Positions 1-6,391 of a stretch of DNA of 18,304 nt are shown in pieces. Within the stretch, counting starts at the first letter, position 1; each line of letters begins with the position of its first letter. Location: the NCBI GenBank assembly GCA_964012805.1, contig CAXGUD010000061.1, forward strand, positions 1-18,304, given 5' to 3'. A program made the translations under genes and the position numbers. The notes under the pieces are model-generated. The model ran no database searches, was not told the DNA's origin, and was given only the letters and a program-made list of their open reading frames with translations. Origin of the DNA: an uncultured Bacteriovoracaceae bacterium. GTDB taxonomy: Bacteria; Bdellovibrionota; Bacteriovoracia; Bacteriovoracales; Bacteriovoracaceae.

Positions 1-238
1 CTCCAAGCTACATAAACAAAAATTTATGGATTTTTTTTAATAGGAATTCTATTAATCTAGGAACTAGCTATATGAAAACATAGTTGCTAGCATCTGACTT
101 AGCATACTCTCAGCTGGTTGAACTTCAACATAAACAACTGTAGCTACCTAGTCACGTCAGACTTCTTCCATCAAAAACAGTCTTTTCTCGTCTTTCTCCT
201 CTAAACTAGTCGCTCAGAAGAGTTATTCACTATTTAAT

Positions 239-250
239 TTTTAAAGAACA
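239..250 (-). promoter_or_regulatory. boxA antitermination element (rrn-type)
   Basis: Minus strand reads TGTTCTTTAAAA versus the E. coli rrn boxA TGCTCTTTAACA, about 75 nt downstream of the predicted start site and immediately after a hairpin. Confidence 0.75.
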
Positions 251-321
251 ACCAAGAGATTCCGCAGACAAAAACTTTTGCCCTTAGGGCCCAATGTTTT
301 TTGTTTGTTTCGTGTCTTGGT
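251..321 (-). promoter_or_regulatory. boxB-like hairpin of the rrn leader
   Basis: Minus strand ACCAAGA...TCTTGGT closes the stem, with inner ACAAAAA/TTTTTGT and apical GCCC-TAA-GGGC, directly 5' of boxA. Confidence 0.5.
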
Positions 322-329
322 GAGATCGG

Positions 330-388
330 ATAATAGAGATTTCATGGTTATCGGTCAAGCCTTTTTTTTTTTTTTTTATTTTTTTTTA
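330..388 (-). promoter_or_regulatory. Strong sigma70 promoter with A-tract UP element (rrn P1-like)
   Basis: -35 TTGACC (353-358), 17-nt spacer, -10 TATTAT (330-335), discriminator CCGATCTC, and upstream A16 and A9 tracts (362-387 on the minus strand). Confidence 0.8.
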
Positions 389-418
389 CTCTCACCTAAC
401 ACTTTGAAATTAATGAAG

Positions 419-2842
419 TTAATTTTTTAATGGAAAACCTTTATTTCCTAAAGCCTCTACTATTTGTTTACTTGCATCTGAAATAAAGTCCCCTGAAAGA
501 GTCTTTTCCGGATTAAGGAATAAGCTTCTTAAGGTAACGGTTTTTTGCCTTTCATTTAACTCAAAAACATCTACAACTTTTGTTGATACAAGCTCTTTTA
601 TTTTCAGCTTTGAAAGGGCTCCTAGAACTGCTGAAATGTTTTGCTTCTTCTCAGCAACAATAGTGCAATCAAAAGTGGATGAAGGGAATTTTGGCAAAGG
701 AGAATATTTAATCTTTTCCTTTAATTCTTTATCCTCAAAGCTAGAAGTGTCAATCAAAGCTAATGAAAGGTGTCCTTTTATCTTAAAGCTTTTCAAAACA
801 GTAGGATGAATGCTTAAAACCACACCATTCATCTTACCCATGATTCTTATGTTCAAAAACTCAAATGGGTGACAACCTTCCCAATCTTCAGGAATAAGGG
901 AATTTTTAAATTTTGGATGTCTTTCTACAAACTGTCCTGAAATGTTCGTCCACTCTAAAAGTTTTTCCGTTAAATTTATTAACTCCATAAAAGGGGATTC
1001 ATCTTTATTATAAAACATGATGGCCAACTGATTATGATCTTTCGAAAATGTTTTTGAATTACCAATATAAGACCTTCCAAGTTCAAATGCCCTAAACTCG
1101 GAGTAGCTTTTTTGGTTTTTGGATGCCGCCTCTAAAAGACTTGGAACAAGGGAAGCCCTCATCCTATCATGCTCATTAGATATAGAGTTAAGAATGGGAA
1201 TTTCTTTCCCATAATCCCAAGAAGCTTGTTTTAAAAGGTTTCTTCCAACCATTGGGTAGGTCATTATTTCATAAGAACATCCATTTAAAGCAAGAAATTC
1301 TCTAATTTTTCTTTGAAGTTTTTGAACTTCAGATAGTCGAACTGGAGTGACAGAAACCTTTGGTGATTCAGGAGTTATATTATCATAACCAACAATCCTT
1401 CCTACTTCCTCAACGATATCAGACTCATTTTCAATATCTTTCGTAGCTCTATAAGTTGGTACAGTTACTAAAAGATTGTCTCCCTCAACTTCTACTTTAA
1501 AATCCAAGTCTTCTAAGATTGAAAGGATCTTTTCATCAGGCGTAGGATGACCCAAAACCTTCCTAATTTTAGAAAAGCAAGTATCAATACGGACAGGCTT
1601 CTTTTGCCAAAAACTTTCTCCATCATACTCAACTTTACCAACGATTTTAGCATTAGGGCAAAGTTGTAAAACAAGCTCAAGAGTCCTAAATAAAGTTCTC
1701 TCCATGAGAAAACTATCCAAGCTTTTTTCGTACCTTTGAGAAGATTCGGTTCTGAGACCCAATCGAGTTGATGTTCTTCTAACCTTCGCAGGTTTCCAGT
1801 TAGCAACTTCGATAAAGATTTTTTTTGTTTTGTCCTCCACACCACTTGAAAGACCGCCCATAATTCCTGCAACAACCAAAGGGCCAGTCTCGTCAGAAAT
1901 AACAGTATCTCCAGGAATCAAAGTCCTTTCAACTTCATCCAAAGTCAAGAAGCTTTCCTCCTTCTCTAAAGCATGAATTATTACTTTATTTCCTTTTATT
2001 TTTTCTCGGTCAAAAATGTGAAGCGGATGCCCCAATTCAAGCATCACATAATTACTGATATCGACAATATTATTTATTGGCCTTAAACCAACGCTTGTAA
2101 GCCGTCTTTTCATCCAATCTGGACTTTCTTTGACCTCAATATTATCGACACTTAAACCATAATAACCTAAACAAGCATTTTCTCCTTTTACCTCAACACT
2201 CATAGGAGAATCACTTTTGTCACATTGTTTTCTATAAGACTCTGCCCACTTCTCATCATAGGGAACATCGAGTTTACTTCCAAAAACAGCAGCAAACTCT
2301 CTAGAAATTCCATAATGGCCCCAAAGATCTGGCCTATGTGTTAAAGACTTATTATCTACGTCAATAAGGATGTCTTTTTTTTCATTGAAATAAATTAGCA
2401 GAGTTTCTCCCAAAGGAGCATCATTAGGCAAATTCATAATTCCAGATGACTCTTCTGAAATTCCTAATTCAGATTCAGAGCAAAGCATTCCTTCGGATAC
2501 AATCCCCCTAATTTTTTTCGGTTCCAATAAAAGCCCATTTGGAAGAAGTGTCCCTAAAGGAGCATATGGAGTCTTCATACCGACCTTAACATTAGGAGCT
2601 CCACAAACAACCTGCTTAGTCTCTCCATCACTAATTTTAAAAGTTACAAGCCTAAGTTTATCAGCGTTTGGGTGAGGCTCAATACTTACCACTTCACTTA
2701 CTCTAATTTTTTCTAAATGGTCTCCAACAACCTTAACTTCTTCAACTTCTGCAGTACTCATTGTAAACTTATCGCCCAGCTCTTTAGGATTCATTTCTGG
2801 TAAAGTTACAAATTCTTTTACCCAATCTACTGAAATTAACAT
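419..2842 (-). CDS. pheT: Phenylalanine--tRNA ligase beta subunit
   Basis: 807 aa; HPNADKL and VCGAPNV OB-fold motifs, RGIVSEGMLCS, NKSLTHRPD, RPINNIVDISNYVMLELGHPLHIFD, EEVGRIVGY; directly downstream of pheS. Confidence 0.97.
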   Translation of the reverse strand: MLISVDWVKEFVTLPEMNPKELGDKFTMSTAEVEEVKVVGDHLEKIRVSEVVSIEPHPNADKLRLVTFKISDGETKQVVCGAPNVKVGMKTPYAPLGTLLPNGLLLEPKKIRGIVSEGMLCSESELGISEESSGIMNLPNDAPLGETLLIYFNEKKDILIDVDNKSLTHRPDLWGHYGISREFAAVFGSKLDVPYDEKWAESYRKQCDKSDSPMSVEVKGENACLGYYGLSVDNIEVKESPDWMKRRLTSVGLRPINNIVDISNYVMLELGHPLHIFDREKIKGNKVIIHALEKEESFLTLDEVERTLIPGDTVISDETGPLVVAGIMGGLSSGVEDKTKKIFIEVANWKPAKVRRTSTRLGLRTESSQRYEKSLDSFLMERTLFRTLELVLQLCPNAKIVGKVEYDGESFWQKKPVRIDTCFSKIRKVLGHPTPDEKILSILEDLDFKVEVEGDNLLVTVPTYRATKDIENESDIVEEVGRIVGYDNITPESPKVSVTPVRLSEVQKLQRKIREFLALNGCSYEIMTYPMVGRNLLKQASWDYGKEIPILNSISNEHDRMRASLVPSLLEAASKNQKSYSEFRAFELGRSYIGNSKTFSKDHNQLAIMFYNKDESPFMELINLTEKLLEWTNISGQFVERHPKFKNSLIPEDWEGCHPFEFLNIRIMGKMNGVVLSIHPTVLKSFKIKGHLSLALIDTSSFEDKELKEKIKYSPLPKFPSSTFDCTIVAEKKQNISAVLGALSKLKIKELVSTKVVDVFELNERQKTVTLRSLFLNPEKTLSGDFISDASKQIVEALGNKGFPLKN

Positions 2843-2915
2843 TGCTTTTAATCCTTTTCCTCAAAAATATGAAATAACTTAAACTTTTAGATTTATAATT
2901 TGAATCACACTATTC

Positions 2916-3977
2916 TTAAAACCCTCTGAATTGAGAGACGAACCTTAAATCTCCTGAATGAAGATGCCTTATATCCTCAATTCCATATTTCATCATAACT
3001 AATCTATCCAGTCCCAGACCAAAAGCGAAGCCATTATACTCATCTGGATCAATTTTCCCTGCCTTTAAAACATTTGGATGAATCATACCGCAGGGTAATA
3101 CCTCGACCCATCCGGTCTGCTTACATACAGAACATCCCTTCCCTCCACAAATTAGGCATTTCATATCTAGCTCGAATCCAGGCTCTACAAAAGGAAAGAA
3201 ACCTGGCCTCAACCTAACTTCAACTTCCTTTTTAAAAATCTCTCTCAAAAGAGTCTTCATAAAATAGATAAGATTTGAAACTGAAATATCTTTTCCTACC
3301 ATCATCCCTTCTAATTGATGGAAAACCATCTCATGAGAGGCATCGGTTCTTTCACAACGAAAAGCCTTTCCCGGAGCGATGAACCGAAAAGGAGGCTTCC
3401 TTGAAGTCATTCCTCTTACCTGAATGCTTGAGGTATGTGTCCTAAGAAGGTGCCGTTTTCCATCTGGAGTTTTATCATCATGAAACCAAAAGGTATCTTG
3501 CATATCTCTCGCTGGATGATCCGAAGGTATATTCAGGGCCTCGAAATTGTGAAATTCATCCTCAATATGAGGACCATCCAAAACATCAAAGCCCATTGAA
3601 ATAAAGATATCTTCAATTTCTTGTTGAATAATAGTGACGGGATGAAGGCCTCCATGGAAATGACCTTTATCCTTCATAGAATCCCTGAAAGATATATCTA
3701 TTTTGCTTTTTTCTAGTTTTTGATTTATTTCTTTCTTTTCAATTTCTGCTAATTTTTGAGACACCTGCTTTTGAACTTTATCTTTTATGTCATTAGCCAG
3801 TGGGCCTATTACTTTTTTTTCTTCAACAGTTGCTTGTTTGAGTGATTTTAGAGTTTCTGTTAAAGCCCCTTTTTTTCCAAGATACTCTGCTTTAAGATTC
3901 AAAACTTCAGCTTGGTTTTTCATTAATGCCACTTGTGATTCGAACTTTTTATAGAGTTCTTCCAGTTTTTCCTTCAT
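2916..3977 (-). CDS. pheS: Phenylalanine--tRNA ligase alpha subunit
   Basis: 353 aa; HNFEALNIPSDHPARDMQDTF, LRTHTS, FHQLEG, FFPFVEP, GFAFGLGLDRLVM, plus the CxxCxxxxCxxC insertion. Confidence 0.98.
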   Translation of the reverse strand: MKEKLEELYKKFESQVALMKNQAEVLNLKAEYLGKKGALTETLKSLKQATVEEKKVIGPLANDIKDKVQKQVSQKLAEIEKKEINQKLEKSKIDISFRDSMKDKGHFHGGLHPVTIIQQEIEDIFISMGFDVLDGPHIEDEFHNFEALNIPSDHPARDMQDTFWFHDDKTPDGKRHLLRTHTSSIQVRGMTSRKPPFRFIAPGKAFRCERTDASHEMVFHQLEGMMVGKDISVSNLIYFMKTLLREIFKKEVEVRLRPGFFPFVEPGFELDMKCLICGGKGCSVCKQTGWVEVLPCGMIHPNVLKAGKIDPDEYNGFAFGLGLDRLVMMKYGIEDIRHLHSGDLRFVSQFRGF

Positions 3978-4013
3978 CTTTTATCCCACTTTATTGCTAC
4001 TAGTTGTCGGCCC

Positions 4014-4042
4014 ATATTTTCACGCTCAACACCTAAAATCAA
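4014..4042 (-). promoter_or_regulatory. Possible pheST promoter
   Basis: TTGATT-17-AAATAT with an extended TG, between the terminator and pheS. The -10 is weak. Confidence 0.3.
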
Positions 4043-4056
4043 TGGCAAAATTGATG

Positions 4057-4090
4057 AAAAAAACCAGAGGGGCCAAGGCAACCCCTCCGG
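4057..4090 (-). terminator. Intrinsic (Rho-independent) terminator
   Basis: CCGGAGGGGUU-GCCUU-GGCCCCUCUGG: 11-bp stem with three G.U pairs that form only on the minus strand, followed by U7. Confidence 0.85.
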
Positions 4091-4146
4091 CAGGAAATTT
4101 TATAGGAATTAATCTGACTAAAATATCAGTTCCAAAATTATACCAG

Positions 4147-4221
4147 TTACCAAATAAGTGTTGATAAAATCAACAGGGCCAAAAAAATAAAGCCCAAAAC
4201 ATCCCCAAAAAGCGAGAACAT
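4147..4221 (-). CDS. Possible 24-aa hydrophobic micropeptide MFSLFGDVLGFIFLALLILSTLIW
   Basis: ATG at 4221, TAA at 4147-4149, AGGAG 11 nt upstream, single transmembrane-like stretch. U-rich sequence can give such peptides by chance. Confidence 0.3.
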   Translation of the reverse strand: MFSLFGDVLGFIFLALLILSTLIW

Positions 4222-4499
4222 GCATAAAGACGCTCCTAAAGAAAGGTCACGCCCCGCCCAAACCCCAATTTATAGAATAATCCTCCAAAAAAAAATTAAA
4301 CCAATGGGTTCGATCTCTAACTATCCTTGGGGAAGGATAAAAAAAATTTTAAAAAGAAAAATGGGTTGATTAAATCCCCAAAGGTCCTCCTAAAAAACTG
4401 AACACCTCACGAGGATGAAGCTCTCCACAACACCCCGACCCGTTTTGTCACCGGCCCCCACCATAAGCACAGACCGCTGAGGAGTCAATTTTTCTCCGC

Positions 4500-4582
4500 T
4501 TCGGCAAACCCAAAACTCTTATGGAAAACCACTTAGAGCGGGCCTTTGTTCCCAGCACTTTCATAACTGGTCACCTTTGTCC
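4500..4582 (-). promoter_or_regulatory. c-di-GMP-I (GEMM-I)-like riboswitch aptamer, variant
   Basis: Minus strand GGACAAAGGUGA-CCAGUUAU-GAAA-GUGCUGG-GA-ACAAAGGCCCG-CUCUAAG-UGG-UUUU-CCA-UAAGAG-UUUU-GGGUUUGCCGAA. It has a GAAA-capped P2, a CAAAG junction, a P3 with a CUAAG/UAAG tetraloop-receptor-like loop and a UUGCCGAA end. Equivalents of Vc2 G20, A47 and C92 are present. Confidence 0.65.
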
Positions 4583-4685
4583 ACGGGCTTACCTACTTAT
4601 CAAAGCGCAAACCTTGCTCATAGATCAACGAAAAAATATCGTAGACCCTAGAGGTAGCTTTGGTTTCCCAAGTAGGCTTAGCCTC

Positions 4686-4714
4686 ATATTAACGCATAGA
4701 GAAACAAAAATCAA
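4686..4714 (-). promoter_or_regulatory. sigma70-type promoter for the intergenic RNA
   Basis: -35 TTGATT (4709-4714), 17-nt spacer, -10 TAATAT (4686-4691); predicted start near A4679, just before the first RNA helix. Confidence 0.55.
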
Positions 4715-4716
4715 CA

Positions 4717-5265
4717 TCACTTTAAATCAAGAATTTTTTTATGAAGGACTTTTCGAACTGAGTTAAAAAATTTAATTATTTCTTCCTCCCTATAATCAGG
4801 GTAAGTCCATAAAAGAGGCTTATAGCTTTTGTTTTGGAACACGTAAGTCAAATCACTATAAACACCTTTTCCTAAATAAATTCTATGTGAATAAGGTTTT
4901 CCAGTTGCTAACTGCATATTTTCTAAAGAGAGGCACCCCAAATCAATATTAACTGTTCTAAACTTCACTCCCATCTTATCCTGGCTCATTTCAATTTCTT
5001 TTCCAGTAGACCAGACCTTTCCTTGAACAAAGCTTTCACGGTTTTGAAGGTTAAGACTGACTCCAAATAATCTTTGTAGAAGATTTGAGTCTCCCATTTC
5101 CTTTGAGTAGTATTTTTTCATGGGGAAAAATGGATGATCAAAGTAAAATGACTCCCCCCATTTTTTTTCCCACATAGTTTTTATTGAATCTTCACTAACA
5201 AGGTCCCTTCTAAAAAGAAAGCTCGCAAAGAAAAAAGTTTTTGTTGGTGCTTGAAGAAGACTCAT
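4717..5265 (-). CDS. DUF4416 family protein
   Basis: 182 aa; YYSKEMG, RTVNIDLG, LATGKPYSHRIYLGKGVY and WTYPDY motifs typical of DUF4416. Confidence 0.85.
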   Translation of the reverse strand: MSLLQAPTKTFFFASFLFRRDLVSEDSIKTMWEKKWGESFYFDHPFFPMKKYYSKEMGDSNLLQRLFGVSLNLQNRESFVQGKVWSTGKEIEMSQDKMGVKFRTVNIDLGCLSLENMQLATGKPYSHRIYLGKGVYSDLTYVFQNKSYKPLLWTYPDYREEEIIKFFNSVRKVLHKKILDLK

Positions 5266-5268
5266 AAA

Positions 5269-6285
5269 TTAGGAAAATTGTGTAAGAAGTCTTCCATGAA
5301 AATTGAAAAGCTCGTCAACATTAACAGTTGCAGTGCCTTTTTTAGCCACAACAACACCAGATCCGCAGTTGGCTAACCAAGCAGCTTCCTCTAAAGAAGC
5401 TCCTCCTAATATACCTGCAACGAGTAAGCTAATTGCTGTGTCGCCGGCTCCTGAAACATCATAAACACTAGTTGCTGCTGTAGGTAATATTTTTAGTGGC
5501 TGATTCATTTTTCTATCTATTAAAGCCATCCCTTGTGCTCCTAATGTAATCACAAGTTTTTCAAGGTCTAGCTTTTCTAAAAGTATATCTCCGACAGTTT
5601 CAAGCTTTTTATCCCTATAACCTATCGCCTCAACCAGCGCTTGAGCTTCCAACCAATTTGGCTTCAATAATGAAGCACCCTTATACCAGTCAGGATTGGT
5701 TTTCCTGCTCGGGTCTATAGCCACAAAAATATCCTTATCTTGACAATAATTGATTAACCTATTTAAAGCATTCTTGCTAAGAAGCCCTTTCCCATAATCT
5801 TCAATAATAATACCAGAATGCTGAGGCGTAAGGTCTAATGCTCTATCAATAAAGTGCTCTTCAATTTCTCGATCAAGGCCCTTACTCGTCTCATAATCAA
5901 CTCTGCAAATTTGCTGGGTGTCCGTCGTTATTCTTTCTTTAAAGGTCGTTCTTCTGTCTTTGCAACGTATAATGCCCCAAGTAGATAGTTCATTATCTTC
6001 CAAAAGTCCCTCAATCACATTTGCATTTCTATCTTCACCTACCAAGCCGCATAAAGTGGAAGATACTCCAAGAGTTTTTAAGTTATGAGAGATATTAGCT
6101 GCTAACCCTAACTTTTCCCATTCCTTCGTAACCCTTAATACTGGGACAGGTGCCTCTGGGGATATCCTTGATACCTCACCAAATGTATATTTATCCAACC
6201 CAATATCGCCAATGACTAAAAGAGGTTTCAGCTCTTTAAATGTTTGTACCAATTCTTTAAAACGAGATTCCGATATCAAATTCAT
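5269..6285 (-). CDS. rfaE1: D-glycero-beta-D-manno-heptose-7-phosphate kinase (RfaE/HldE domain I, PfkB family)
   Basis: 338 aa; VIGDIGLDKY..GEVSRISPEAPVPV, EDYGKG, KPN, DVSGAGDT. No fused adenylyltransferase domain. Confidence 0.92.
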   Translation of the reverse strand: MNLISESRFKELVQTFKELKPLLVIGDIGLDKYTFGEVSRISPEAPVPVLRVTKEWEKLGLAANISHNLKTLGVSSTLCGLVGEDRNANVIEGLLEDNELSTWGIIRCKDRRTTFKERITTDTQQICRVDYETSKGLDREIEEHFIDRALDLTPQHSGIIIEDYGKGLLSKNALNRLINYCQDKDIFVAIDPSRKTNPDWYKGASLLKPNWLEAQALVEAIGYRDKKLETVGDILLEKLDLEKLVITLGAQGMALIDRKMNQPLKILPTAATSVYDVSGAGDTAISLLVAGILGGASLEEAAWLANCGSGVVVAKKGTATVNVDELFNFHGRLLTQFS

Positions 6286-6391
6286 TCTTTTTACCTTTAG
6301 AGTCTTTTTCTATTCTTAAATAAGTCGGTTTCAAAAGTTGGATACAAGGTATTGAATACCAACTTAAATTAAAAATCGCTCTGATGGGAAG

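Larger units (their letters stand above)
1..323 (-). other. Putative rRNA operon 5' leader, running off the window edge at the probable 5' end of a 16S rRNA gene
   Basis: No ORF; lies downstream of a strong sigma70 promoter and contains boxA. The minus strand ends ...TAGCTTGGAG at position 1, the kind of sequence that normally precedes AGTTTGATCCTGGCTCAG in 16S genes. The rRNA itself is not in the window, so this is inference. Confidence 0.7.
4057..4679 (-). ncRNA. Candidate ~620-nt structured riboswitch-containing RNA (stand-alone transcription unit)
   Basis: Bounded by a promoter (4686-4714) and a terminator (4057-4090), with no long ORF. The first helix starts 2 nt after the predicted start site, and several G.U-containing helices are specific to the minus strand. 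Confidence 0.55.

Noticed and set aside
1513..1875. 120-aa alternative-frame ORF inside pheT
   Set aside because: Fully nested in a conserved gene and has no recognisable features.
3110..3160. CxxCxxxxCxxC insertion in PheS
   Set aside because: A common feature of many bacterial PheS proteins, not novel.
4004..4030. sigma28 (FliA) promoter from GCCGACAA upstream of pheS
   Set aside because: The -10 matches well, but there is no TAAA/TCAAG-type -35 at the right spacing.
4380..4690. tmRNA, RNase P RNA, SRP RNA or tRNA as the identity of the intergenic RNA
   Set aside because: No tRNA-like ends, no GAGGAAAGTCC and no SRP GGAAG/AGCAG loop.
3978..4716. T-box riboswitch upstream of pheS
   Set aside because: No T-box consensus (GGTGGNACCGCG) next to the terminator; the only GGTGG (near 4460) is ~370 nt away and lacks the ACC.
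4521..4766. 81-aa plus-strand ORF
   Set aside because: No RBS or recognisable motif; it is antisense to the structured RNA, its promoter and the DUF4416 3' end.
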